From Vicugna vicugna (Eukaryota), in the NCBI GenBank assembly GCA_013265495.1, contig MU058384.1:4263239-4327238 (forward strand): a stretch of DNA of 64,000 bases. Reading direction: 5' to 3'. Numbering within the stretch: position 1 is the stretch's first letter; each line of letters starts with the position of its first letter. This document shows positions 1 through 12,840 of the stretch, piece after piece. A program made the translations under genes and the position numbers. The notes beneath the pieces were generated by a model. That model made no database searches. It worked only from the letters and a program-made list of their open reading frames with translations, and had not been told where the DNA came from.

Positions 1-225
1 TCTCTTGGAGGAAGCTTTCTTAGATCACATTCCTCTCACCCATTTTTCCACGGGTGCTCTCCTCTGTGCAGCACTCCACTTTAACATTCATCACATCTTA
101 ACTTCTCTCCTCCCTAGACCTTCTTAAGGACAGGAGCCATTTCTTATTAATGTTTATAAAAATGACAGGTGGTGCTTTCCCTAGTGCACAGCAACTGCTC
201 AATAAATGTTTATTAAGCAATGGGA
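1..225 (+). mobile_element. L2 3' end
   Basis: CTTCTTAAGGACAGGAGCC...CCTAGTGCACAGCAACTGCTCAATAAATGTTTATTAAG. Confidence 0.65.
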
Positions 226-1349
226 TGAATCATTTAATAAGTAAAAACAATAGCCCTTCCAGAGGCTGCTACTTAGGATGGAGAGAGATGAGAAAGATCT
301 CCAGGTCATACGCGCATCTACTGAGCACAAATGGCACATAAGCAGAGATAAGACGGTTCATAGCAAATGAAAAATGACTCCAAGTCTTTCTACAGACCTC
401 AAACTGGGCCATTTGGGGAACTTACTGAGAAACTGAAAATCTCTTTTAATGCTACTATTTTCTTCTCATATTTCCATACTTCCATTAGGACTGGGAAGAG
501 GGGAATGTGTTGAAATGAAATCCCAAAGGCCATTTGAAGGAAGTTAATCCTTCGGTGGAAGGAGGAAGGATAAGAAATCTTCTGTGAGAATGTTTTTTCT
601 CACTGCCAAACGGTCAGCCCCCAGAGAGTTAAGAAGGGAGCTTGTGTGAGATCGGAGAGCATGTAACTTTAGGTGCTTACTCAAACTGAACATAAATTTT
701 GAAAATTTGAAGTTTATCTTCTCAAAGTATTGGAACAAGCCTGGAACTTAACTTTATATCATGTTCTCTGGAGACGCAGGGGCCAGAAAAGGGGGAGGGG
801 TTATTTGCTCAGCCTGAGAACATGAGTCTGAACACATGTTTTTTTTTCCTTCTATTCTTTTCTTCATCGTTATAGCATAAGATCTAGAGGAACTGCAGGT
901 GGGTGGTTGGTTTGGATCCAGTTCCCAGACCCTGCTGCTCATTAATTGTCCTTGTTTTATTTATATTCTGAGATTTGGAGTGATTTTCCCACGCTGAAGT
1001 AGGATGGGACCCAGTCTACCAGAGAGCACCTACCGTCAAACTCTCGCACTTATTCTGAGTGAACAACAGCCACGATATCTCAATCAGTGGAGCAGAGCGA
1101 TGGTCACCAGAACATCTGGAAGCCATGATCTTTGAGAAATCATTGGAAACAGTGGGAAAGTCTTTGTCTTTGTCTTCTTTATCCAAATGGCTGGTGTCTG
1201 AGTCGTGACTTCTGGCTTCTACAGTTGGGATTTAACCCTATGTTATGTTGGCAAGAGTCAAAAATCCAAAGTGCTTGGAAAATTCAGGTGTTTAAATAAA
1301 ACCTTAGGCCCTAAGTGGTCTGTGTCTGAAAAATATCTGGTTCCAACAA

Positions 1350-1543
1350 AGTGCTGTCCAATAGAACTTTCTGCACTGAATAAACTATTCTGTCTTGTCC
1401 AATAGTGTAGCCATATGTGGCTACTGAGCCCTTGAAATGTGCTTAGTGCAACTCAGAAACTGAATTATAAATCTTATTTAATTTTCATTAATTTAAATTT
1501 AAGTTGTCACACATGACTAGTGACTACTGTAGTGGACAATGTG
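1350..1543 (+). mobile_element. MER3 (hAT-Charlie non-autonomous DNA transposon)
   Basis: GTGCTGTCCAATAGAACTTTCTGC...GTGGCTACTGAGCCCTTGAAATGTG...AT-rich core...GTGGACAATG. Confidence 0.9.
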
Positions 1544-3149
1544 GTTTCCAGATATAGTATTAATGTGTAAAACAGATACACTGAGCATGCAAATGGATGG
1601 TTTTTAAAAAGGAGAATAAATTCAAGGTACTATCATGCCTCATGGAAGTTTATCTACTTGTTAAGAGTATACAATTCTCCAAATTAGACAACAGTATTAA
1701 GGGCTTGGCCCCATTTAGACAAAATTGCATGTGTGTTTATGACGTCTGGAAAGGTATTAACAAAATAGGTTTTCCTGGGTGATAGGATTTGGGCTGTTTT
1801 TCACTTTATACTTAAAAAAACAATTGCAATAAGCATGTATAATTAAAACAATTTTTAAGGCTGTTTTATAAGGGTACACAGTGTACATCTTTCAACATTA
1901 TTTAGTCTAAAATGTATATGTACTTTTTAAACATAAATTTAGCTACCTCTAATGATAATTTACACTGTCCAAAAGAAGGATATTTAGGAGTTGGGATAGG
2001 TTCCTGCACACAAAGTTGTGTGTACCTCTTGCTAATCAAAAAACCAAAGGGATTTTCCCCCTTTTTTCTCCTTCAGATACCAGCTCCTTTTTCAGGATAT
2101 TTCAAGTTTTTTTTATCATCACTGGAATTCTGAAATACCCTTGCGATATCATTACTTACCTGGACCTGGGATGCTCAGATATCTAACATTGAGGTTTTTA
2201 AAGTAGTGAGTTAGGTGTGGACTAGAATGGATCTCAGGGGTATGTGGGGGAAGGGAGTAATGTCTGATCATAAGAGTTGTGAGGGACACTCTTGTCCATT
2301 TTCTTTAAGTCAAATGTGTTGCAAAGGATGAATGATCTTAGCTAAATACTCCAAGAAGGCAATTTTCATCAGACACCTATCTAAAGATGAGTGTAGCTCA
2401 CATTCAGCCCTCATTGGCACAGGGAATTTTTTTCCAGGTGAGTTAGTTCTTTGAATTCCTGCAAGCCTCATATATCCTCTTTGTACCTGACCTACAACTC
2501 TGCTCAGTATTCCTGTGGAAGAGGACCACGTGCCCATGCTTAAACATCAGCCTCATGTGATCTCTCTTTCCTCGATTTATCAGCTGGCATCCTGGTGCAC
2601 TCAGCTCCCATGGAGTTTGGCACTAGGCTCACATTCAGCTGAACCGAACATTCCATCCAGTAGCTAACCTCAGTTCACCCTGGGATGAGATTAGAATCAA
2701 GCAGCCTGGCCGGGTTTGAATTAGCAATGGATGACTCCATAGGATTTCAAATAATCACGGAAACCAGATGCACACCTATGTGAGCCAGACTGGACCTTTA
2801 AACTGTTTGTGTTCGTTATCAAGTAACTCAGCTTTTCACTAAACAACAAAAGAAAATATGCCTTGCATTTAGAAAATAAAAGTCCAGGATTGATGGGCCC
2901 TCTTTCACAGGTATAATTGCAGGAATATTATATAATGCAATAACAATTTTAAAGATTTACATTTCTAAAATTCTGCTATTTGGAATCTTTAAGATGAATA
3001 TTCATCTAAACTAATTTTTCATTTACAAATACATATTGAAAAAGGTACTTCATATGGGCTAATTAACTGAATATTTTAAATTTAATTTTAACTTTTATAC
3101 AAGCAATATAGCACTAACACAACTAATTCTAGGAAGCTTACAAAATCAA

Positions 3150-4540
3150 AAAGCAGTCTTCATTCTCACCATCCCACCCCACCCCTGGTCACACACCCAA
3201 CTGATAGTTACTTTTAAAAGTTTCAGATGAAAAAAATGATATTTATCTCCAAATTTTTAAGTAATATTTTATATTGCTGTATCTTGATTTTCAATTTTAG
3301 ACAGTTAGAAATTAGCACTCTTATACATCCTTCCTTTACCCCTACACTTTCTGTTCCCTAATCATTTTGATTTGAATTAAATCATATTTTTTATTATAGT
3401 TAGTATTTCACAGCTGAGTCACATTGGGTACTATGTTCACATTTTCTTTATGGTATACTTTATTTTTAGTTTGCTTAGTCTCCTGTGTATTCTAAATAAC
3501 GATAAAGTACATTCATAATGTCCAGCTCAACAGGTGTGATGTTTTACTTATCTTATCCATTCTGCTTTAGACCTCCTTCCCACAGCTATTTGTCATGTCT
3601 TCCTGGTCATTCTCTTCTGTGTTGGATTCTCTAAAGTTTGCTCTCGCGTGCTCTCTCTCATAACTATCTCTATCTGCATCATCTATCTCTGTCTCTGTTT
3701 ATATCCTGATTTTGGTGGAACACATTCTCTTCAAGCTCCCTGACAAAGAGTACATGAGAAAAAAAAGATGACATCTTGCATATCTGCATATGGTTTGTTA
3801 CATCTTCATTTAGTGTCAGGGATTGAGAGGGACTTGGCCACTTTTTTCCAGGGACTCCCAAATATGAATAACTTTACGTCTTTTTGCTGGCTGGACCACT
3901 TGCCACAGTGAACTGATATGGGTACTGCCAGTTAGTAGATATACTTTGACTTCATCCCCATGACATTAGAATGGTGACTCACTCTTTCCCCAGGTGTTCT
4001 TATGTTCCATTGTCCAGAACCTTGCTGGCTCAACCTCTCCAGAGAATAAACTCTAGTATTCAGCCAGGGTAGAAAGGGGAGTATATTTGCTTGGGTGTAT
4101 GTTTTGAGGGGAGGAGTTCTGCCAGTATAACTGCAACCCACATTGATTTTTGAACCAATTCTTTTACTTTTTGCCCTCTCCCATGTCCTCTGCCCCTCAG
4201 TTTTACAGTTCCCTAGTGGCTTCAGTTTCTGAGGGTTTTAAAGTTTAGACACATATCTGCTTACTTTGTTCAGGTTTTCCCCTTCTGCACTTAGTGGTAC
4301 AAAAAAGTGAACATAACTCAGTCATCACCCTCCTATCCACTTTCCATCCTCCAAGTGTATCTCTTGCTTATTGGTGTCTCCTTTTACACTATTGGTCCTT
4401 GGAGGTTTATTCATTTTTTTTTAAATTGCTGCCCTATCATGGGCTTTTGGGGATAAACAGGTATGTTCAATTTACCAAATTTATCTGCCCTACAAAGACA
4501 AAATAAGTCATCTCTGCATAGATGCAGAAATTGAGACACA
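3150..4540 (-). mobile_element. Old degenerate L1/HAL1-like fragments
   Basis: T-rich decayed sequence resembling antisense L1 (TTCTCTTCAAGCTCCCTGACAAAGAGTACATGAG...). Subfamily uncertain. Confidence 0.4.
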
Positions 4541-5278
4541 GAACATCAGATACATAATTGAAATCCTAGATAAATGAGCGATGCAGTTGGAGTCCGAGTT
4601 TGCTTTCTTTGCTTCTGACCAGAAGTCCTGCTTCTTGTTGAGGCACTGTCTGTCCTTGAGGGCTTGTTATGTGACCTAAGTAGCTCTTCTCGACAGTGAG
4701 GATCATTCTCAGGGATCACTCTAATAAGAAGGGCTTCTAGAAAAGGGAAAGGATGAAATGGAAGGGGCAATTAGGGAGAAAGGAAGGTCATCAAGCCATT
4801 CGTGTTGTAGGCACACTTCACCTAGAATTAGGTCTTTAAATAATAAAATGATGCCGTGGCAAATTAGAACACACAAAATGCCATACAGCTGGCAAAGAGA
4901 TGGCACAGCTCTCATCCTTGTTACAATGTGGGAGAGTGAGAAGCATCATGATCATGGGTGTGTCACAGCTATTGTGCCAGCTCTAAAATATCTCATTTAT
5001 TATATACAGAAAGAAGTCGTCAGCAACTCTAAGCAATACGGTTCAACGTGCTTTCCTTTTTGTGAGAATCGGCAGGGTGGGGGGAGCTTTTACTTTGCCC
5101 AGCGCTTCGCAATCTTAGTGCATCAGTAGCAGTTTACATGCTAGTGCAGCCGTCAGAGGACACCAGGATAATTTTCTGATTCCTCCATTCCTTTAATGCT
5201 TCGAACAGTTCAAATTTAAGAGAGTCGAAAGTGTGCTTTTGCTATGGCTAAAGACAAGCACTCAGGAGAGAAGAGTCT

Positions 5279-5301
5279 GAGACAGACAGACAGACAGACA
5301 G
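5279..5301. repeat. (GACA)n simple repeat
   Basis: Read directly. Confidence 0.85.
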
Positions 5302-5729
5302 AGGGAGACTGTGGCTAGAAAACATTTTATTCATTGACAAAAATGTCAATGCAAGTCTTTCATTTTGTGAAGTTGCTTCAGAACTTTTCCCTCATTAGAG
5401 TTAACAACTCAGTGATCTCGTGTAGAGGAAAGAAATCCAGTTTCCTCAAATTCCTTTTTGTCATTGGAATGGTAATTCTCCACCAAGGAATTACATCTAT
5501 TGGGTAGCATGTGAGAAGTAAACTTTTTCATTTGATTCAGGTATGGGGATTTCCGGTGAAATTTTACTTTTGTTCCTATTTGCATTTTATTTTCATAACA
5601 AGTTTTTATAAAATATGTGGAGATTCTCAGCTAGAAAGATATAAATTTTCATCATCCATGGTCACCTATACTCTGATATACTTTGGCGATGTATTTCTAG
5701 ATTTATACAATATGTGGCTATAAAGATGC

Positions 5730-6099
5730 TGTTATGAACTGAATTATCCCCCTCCCCCATTCATATGTTAAAGTCCTAACTCTTAGTACCTTAGAATGTG
5801 ACTTTATATGGAGATAGGGTCTTTAAAATGGTAATTAAGTTAAAGTAAGGACCTTAGAGTGGGCCCTAAGCCAATATGACTGGTGTCCTTATAAGAAGAG
5901 GAAATTTGAACACAGACAGGCACAGAGAGATGTCATGTGGAGAAGATGGCCATCTTCCCCAAGGAGAGAGGCCTCAAAAGAAACCAACCCTGCAGACACC
6001 TTGGACTTTGAGCCTTGAGACTGGGGAAAAATAAATTCCTATGGTTTAAGCTATTCAGTCTGTGGTACTTGGTGATGGCAGCCCTAGCAAACTAATACA
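5730..6099 (+). mobile_element. MaLR solo LTR, MLT1B-like
   Basis: TGTTATG...TCATATGTTAAAGTCCTAAC...GGAGATAGGGTCTTTAAA...GCAGCCCTAGCAAACTAATACA. Near-TSD GATGC/AATGC. Confidence 0.92.
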
Positions 6100-7049
6100 A
6101 ATGCCCTTAATTTAGTGACTCAGGAAAGAGAATTTTCACCTTCATTTACCCAATCACATTCTTTACACAAAAAGTGGGGGGTGTCTTTAATATATGTTGC
6201 CCCAACACCTATGACAGTGCCTGGTACATAGAGGCACTCAGCAATACACTGTCCTTAACGTCATTCAGATGGAGGTCCTTGGTTGTGGCCCTAGTTGTGT
6301 GGTACTGTGGGACAGGAAGAGGGCAACAGTGACCTGGACTGTGAAATGGAAGGCAGATTTAAGTGCAGCCACCCCTAATGACATTGCCATCTCAGATATT
6401 CCATCAACACACTTTAACCAGGAGAGTAGGCCAGGCCAGAGTGACGTAAGACCCAGTGTGGTTCTCAGGGCAGACCAGCCACAGGCAACACTACCCCCTG
6501 GAGCTTCTCCAAAAAAAGAAGGGTGTGCTGAGTGCTCTTAGCTGTTCCTATCAGAATGTACAGGTGAGCCAGTAAATACCACATGACCAGCTTTATCAAG
6601 AGCTGCTGACAAGCCTGAAGGTCCAAAACAGACACCTGACCCATGTCTGTTGACAGGACATCATCCGCCATGGCAACCAGGCCAGTTTCCACTGCACATG
6701 CTGGTCTCCGGCTCAACTGAAAAGGATCAAGAAAGTCAGGATTCCAAATATCAATAGCATCACTCTGTCAAAACCTCTCCTGTGACCTTTCTCAGAAAAG
6801 GAAATGTAATGACAAAATGAAAGCCAGCCAGACTATCCACGTCCAGAAGAGTCTTCAGTTGTCCAGCCTCTATTTGAAATACTTGGTCCCACAAATCAGT
6901 CACAATCTTTCCAAAGGGTAATGTGGCACCGTGAAACTTATGCTAAAACTGATGAAGGTAAAACACAGTTATAAGAATTTTTTTTCTCTCTTAAGGTCAA
7001 TAGAAAAATAAAGAAACAAAATTCAAGCGTCAGCTAATGCTTCAAGCTA

Positions 7050-7325
7050 TCTCATTGGCAACCTCCTCTGCTATTTCTTATCACTGAACCTTGTTCAGTC
7101 CCTTTACAGCCCTGATGACAATTTCTATCTTCCTCCCTCCCTGTCTTTCTCCTACCCTCCCTCTTTCCTTATTTATTTTCTGTTTTCCCCATTAGATTGT
7201 ACCTTGTATCTTCCATGTGAGCAGGAATTATATTTGTAGTGTTCGCCAGTGTATATTCAGGACCAATTAAAGTGCTTGCTGCATAACATATGCTCGATAA
7301 ATATTGTTGAGTGACTGAACTAGTG
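7050..7325 (+). mobile_element. L2 3' end
   Basis: CCCATTAGATTGT...TGCTCGATAAATATTGTTGAGTGACTGAA. Confidence 0.7.
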
Positions 7326-7354
7326 AAAAAATGTCAATGGAAACCAAGGAAAGA

Positions 7355-7498
7355 AGCTATTATCTGTTTAGTTCCTACTGTGCTGTGCACCTTGTAAGGC
7401 GCTGTCATAAGCTCAACTTATTTAATCTTAAAATATTAGAATGATGTATTCTGAACATCATTTTTTTTGTGATGAGAAAACTGAGGCCCAGAGAAGTC
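7355..7498 (-). mobile_element. MIR
   Basis: TTATTTAATC...GATGAGAAAACTGAGGCCCAGAGAAG core. Confidence 0.75.
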
Positions 7499-10250
7499 TC
7501 ATTTCCTGGTGTTTCTGTAATTAAAGTGGAATGAACTATCTCTCTGTTCCCCTCTCCAGCACTTTGAAAATAAAATTCCTATTACCTTGGAATTCAACTT
7601 TATTTTGTATGTATACGTGTGGCTACTTCCCTCCCTGTTTTACTTTTCCTCTTCTCCAGACTTTCGGATGCTTTAGTGATTCTAAACTTTGAGAAACGCT
7701 GAGGTGAAGGTGGAGGCTGGCTGCTCAGCTACAAAACAACCTCTGTAATTTTGTTTTCATTGGTTATTTTCAATGTATTTATTGGTTGTTAAACTGAACC
7801 ATGTTGACTGTCCCCAGCCAAGTTTCTCACAGCGCACATGGCACATTAAGCATGCAGCTATAGTGAAAGGAGTTAGTGCTCCTAGGTGAGCGCTTTAAAC
7901 TGAAATACCGATGGGTAAGCCTTGAGTGGGTCGAAGGTTCAATGTGATCTTTTCCAAACCTCTCTGGTTTGGAAATCTAACTAGAAATCTCTGGGGGTCA
8001 AGGCTTCTGATGAGATTCCTGGAGCTCCCTGGTCCAGGCGTGGGTTTGGAATACTTGGGAAACAGTCGACCACAGGGATCTCAGGGCTCCTCGTCCTGGC
8101 TCGGCGGTGAAGTGCTGAGCTGCATGAAGAGTAGGACACTTGAGGGGCTTGTGGACACTGTTTCAAACCTCAACAGGAATTTCAATTGTTCATTTCGGGC
8201 AGGAGTTTGGGTTTGGTTCCTACGTAAGCCGAAATAACTTGTTTTCTACTGACTTTAGATTTTTTTGATTTGAATCATAAGTGTTCGAGTAATATTATAG
8301 TATTTTAGTTTGATGATAATAAAAAAGTGTGTTGCAAATGAAAGAAAAAGAGTGCACCGTGCTAAATGATCAGTGTTTTTTTTTCTTTTGTATTCTAAAG
8401 TATACAAAAGTATGGAATAAATGAATGTCTAAAATGCTATTCTATCTGGATTAATTACTGACCTTTTAAAACAAAGGAGATTAGAGGACATTTAAAATTT
8501 TTTTCCTTGAACAATGTTGTCATTCATGAGATTTGATTATGCCAGTACTAATATTTGAGAACCACAGATTAATGTAATCATATAAAATGTGAAAAATATA
8601 AAGCTCAAAGCAAATTGAATGAGTAATCACAGGGCTTAATAGATCTTCTACCTGGATACCATTGTGAAATTACACATAATTTGCCTTAATCCATCAATTC
8701 TAATCCAAAAGAATTCAAATATGAGGGACTTTTTCTCCTGTTCAATTGGAATTTGAGGCCTCAATTCACTTCTAATTAACTTCTTCCAGGGAACACATCA
8801 ACATGTTATGTTATCACCCTTTTGAGTATAAGTAGCTGTTTCTTAAAATTGGTTTTGAATCTTGCTTCTGCTTCTTTAGGCTTTGATGTTTTAAAATACA
8901 GTGCAGTATATTTTAAATTGCCTGTAGCCTAATATGTATGTTCAGGAAATTGACCAGTGAGGGGGGAAATGTCTAACTTTTGATATTTATCAATTTAATA
9001 TTCTTTAAATTTTGGTAACTTTTGTGCTCAATTTAGCTCAGATTTTCTGTTTAAATAAGTAACTTTAAAAAAAAATAGTGAATCAGATTGGAGATAAAGA
9101 GATATACCACCTCATTAACTTTGTCTTATATTTACCATTCTGAATTAATTTTTTTAACATTCATTTTTGTGGTATTTTTACCAGGGCAGTTCATCTCTGA
9201 GTTATTTCCTGATGGAGATACTGTGATTTTACAAAACAGTAACAAAATACAAAGAAACAAACAAAAATTTAAGATTATTTTTCATATTTTATAATTGTAT
9301 ATTCTAGAACAAAGTTTTCAAAAATGCTGGAAATGATTCATTCAAAAGACTCAGTTCATTTTAACTGGCTAGCTATCAATTTAAAACACTTAAGATAGAT
9401 GGTATATGACTAATTGCACACTTGAATGCCCTCAAAACTCTGCATACTTATATAATCAAATGCTTTTTAAAATACCAGGCATGCATTTTTGAGCCAGCTT
9501 TAAACTGGTCTATTTCAAGGACTGAAGTTGAAGGGAAAAATCATGACTTTCTGTCTGAGGACACATTCACTGCCGATTATTTTCAAATTTCTCCATGAGT
9601 GTGATCTAACATGACCTTACACATCTGCATTTACACACGCGCGTGCCGTCACAGTCTTTCAAATGTTTGAAAGATTGATTCACCACCTGCAGACAGCATT
9701 TTCTTTCTTACGTTTTGTCCCCATTTGCTTACTGCTTCCAGCTCCTCTGCCTTTAAAGTTTCATAGAGAGCACATTTTCAAGTTATTTCAAGACTGCTTT
9801 TCCTTTGCTATGAGGATAAACGTGATGTGGGCAGCTAACCATTGAACTGTTTTAAGGATGAAAACATAAATCACAAACTTTCCTTTCAGATTGAATTTCT
9901 ATTTCTTCTCCCAAAGAAAATCAAGAACCAGAAATTCAGTTCCTTCTAAATTAATTAGAAGATCATTGTTTGCTGCTTTTCCTCTTAGTGACCTTCTCTT
10001 TTCATTGACTCTGAAAGGGAAGTGTGTGCGGTAGTCATTTCAAAGGAATGCTTGCAATTTGGCGGTAGATTATGCAAACTCCAATTAGTGATCCACAAAG
10101 TGTTGAAAAAACAGGGTTCGATGTGTGGGAAATACTGGGCGGCTCACTTCCAGCAACTTGAAAAACACCTTCCTTGCTTAGATGTGAAGCCACATCTATA
10201 TCAAGAAATGCTGGGCAAAATCACATCTACAATAATTGAAATGGAAAACT

Positions 10251-10294
10251 AAACCAAACAAAAACAAACAAACAAACAAACAAACAAAGAAAAA
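10251..10294. repeat. (AAAC)n simple repeat
   Basis: Read directly. Confidence 0.9.
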
Positions 10295-10572
10295 CCTAAA
10301 ACACCTTAATTCTAGTTATGGTTGGTGCTTAGAAGTCCTTACCTATTCCTCTTCAGGTCTTAATTAGAATGCCCTATAGAGTTTCTGGTTTTATGACTTA
10401 AATACTGCTCACTTTTCATTCACTCATTTCAATCAAAAATATTTATGCTCAGTTTTGGGTGTACTGCTTTTCACAGGGTGTGGAGTCCAGTGAGATGGGA
10501 GCGGAAGTGGACCGTAGAAGCAAATGCAGATGGTTAGAGCTGAGAAGGAGAAACTTAACACAGTCTCACTTA

Positions 10573-10640
10573 CAACTGGGGTTATTTAGTCTGGAGAAAA
10601 ATGGGTAATCTGTTACTATAAAGATGTTTTGAGCTTAACA
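10573..10640 (+). mobile_element. CR1/L3 ORF2 C-terminal relic
   Basis: CAACTGGGGTTATTTAGTCTGGAGAAA translates QLGLFSLEK, matching the CR1 motif ELGLFSLEKRR. Confidence 0.55.
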
Positions 10641-11479
10641 ATTTTATGTGCATACCTCATCTTTTTTTCTAAAAGGTTTCTGAGAATAAGGGAGAAAGGT
10701 GGTATTTCCATTGTGTGAAGGAATTTTCCTACAGAGATAAGACATGTTTGTCCAGAGGAAATACTCAAGGAGTCACTGACAAAGATGCAACAAGAACTCT
10801 TATTTCTCTAACTTCAGGTTTGTGCTCTATCTCCCCATCTCTTCTGCTTCGGTTGCTATGTGATGTTGTACAACTTTTTTTCTTTAAGAATCTTTATCAT
10901 GGTGCTTTATGTAACAGAATATACTCCATACTTGACAACTGAAAAAAACAAACTCCTTTTGACTTTAGGTAACTGTTTCCATAATTGGTTTGCATCTGCA
11001 CAGTGAGAGCTGAACAGCGATTCTTTCAGTTGCCTGTCATGCCTGTTCCATTAATTTGTCCGAAGTGTTATATTCTCTAAGGGCTTTGTATTTCGCATGA
11101 TTTAAGGATACTCCAATAAGAAAATGAGGGCTTTGGAAACGAACATCAGCAAGGTTTCATTTCTGTTCAGGGTTTAGTTCAGAATCATCCCACATTCTCT
11201 GATAGTACAGTTGCCTTCTGGAAGGACCAAACCAAATCCAAACAGCAAATAAGGAACCCAGGGTGTACCTTTGCTCAGGACTCTCTGAGTCATCCTGGGG
11301 AGGGGGGCAGATTTCGCTGCCTCAAGGACAAAATCTTGGGCAGAGCAAGCAGCGCTGCAGTGGAATGGCGGTGGGAAGGGTTGTACTGCTTTGCTGGTAC
11401 TTACTTCTGGACTGCGACTAAGTCAGACTGACTGAAAATAAGGAAAGAGCCACATGTGGACATGCCTGGATAAAACTTA

Positions 11480-11510
11480 AAAAAAAAAAGAAAGAAAGAA
11501 AGAAAGAAAA
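11480..11510. repeat. (A)n(GAAA)n simple repeat
   Basis: Read directly. Confidence 0.9.
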
Positions 11511-12496
11511 ACTTTTATGAAAACCATTGGAATGTGAGAAGCTTTGAGGAAGCCCTGTGGCAGTGGTGTGTGAAATTGATGACCTGACTGTAAACCACCG
11601 GTTAGAACTCTGAAAATCATAGGGGGAAATACTATTTTTGTATTATTACTAAGAACTGATAAAAAAAAAAGAGCATAACTTAGTGCTTAAAATCTGAAAT
11701 ATTAACTGTTCGATGACAGCTGCTATTCTAGAAAACTGATTTTTCTGAAATTTATGCTTAGTCAGACATTTAAAAAAAATCCAGAACAAAATATTTAGAT
11801 GAAAACATCACATAAGCACCATTCCACCTAATTAGCTGTACTGAATTGTGTAATTTAATAATATTACTTCATATACAAATGTGTACCCTGGATCCCTTAT
11901 TTGCTCTTTGGGTTTGGTTTGGTCCTTTGGAAGTCAATGTCTATGACCCCAGGGTATATGGAAGTGGTGGAAAGACTCCAAATAGAGTCCTGCAATGCTT
12001 CCTAAACTGGGGTTAAGAGAACAATGCTCCTGGCACCCTGGGATTAAATTAGATGCTTGTGCAAGAACCAGACTACCATTGACCACAGTAGAAGCAGCAG
12101 ACTTATGAAACAGTCAAATCAAGTCCAGGGTCTCTTTGTAAATCAGCCTGACACTCAAGCATTAGCATGACTTCTCATTTAAGAGAAAAAGGATGACAAT
12201 TTCAGATTTTTTTCATGCCATTTTGCTCCTGGGACTTGGCCTCAAAGGTAGTTTTGTGAAGTAAATGTTTAATTTGATAAGCTTCTTTATAAATAATTAC
12301 ATAGGAGAAATGGTTATTAGCATAATGACATGACATTTTCAAGGTGAACTGAGAAGCCCCTGCAAGCCCAGGTAACTCCTCTGTCCCCAGGTAAGTCCAA
12401 GTAGGTGTCTCCTCCACTGACTCTTGAACAGATGTGAAATTGTGCTTTGTGGTACCTGGGCTGTGGGCTGTCTGTAAGGACAAGGTGTAAGTGCAG

Positions 12497-12497
<1 letters not shown>

Positions 12498-12532
<35 letters not shown>
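12498..12532. repeat. (CA)17 microsatellite
   Basis: Read directly. Confidence 0.98.
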
Positions 12533-12534
<2 letters not shown>

Positions 12535-12579
12535 CACTCTCATAAACCTACAAATTGCTGGGACTCTGTTACTTGCATT

Positions 12580-12840
12580 GTTTATTCATTTATTCACAGC
12601 AAATATTTATTAAGCCTCTACTGTGTTCCACACATGAAGCACTGACAAATTCTTTTTCTGCTCCTAAGGGGCTTAACGGTGTTTTGGGAGAAAGGTAGAG
12701 ATTAAACATATAATTACATGTGTCATGAAGGAGAATGAAGGGTGTAAACAGGATCATGTACCAGGGGCCTAACCTATCAGGGGTAACAGGAAAGGTCTTC
12801 TGGAAGGAGTAAGCTAAAGACCATGAAAGCAATGCTTCAT
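12580..12840 (-). mobile_element. L2 3' end
   Basis: TTTATTCATTTATTCACAGCAAATATTTATTAAGCCTCTACTGTG..., followed by purine-rich decayed L2. Confidence 0.65.

Noticed and set aside
4758-5129. 123-aa plus-strand ORF
   Set aside because: No recognisable domain or splice context. The length is within chance for 64 kb over six frames.
8280-9400. Long AT-rich tract (possible matrix-attachment region)
   Set aside because: Composition alone is not diagnostic in an AT-rich intron.
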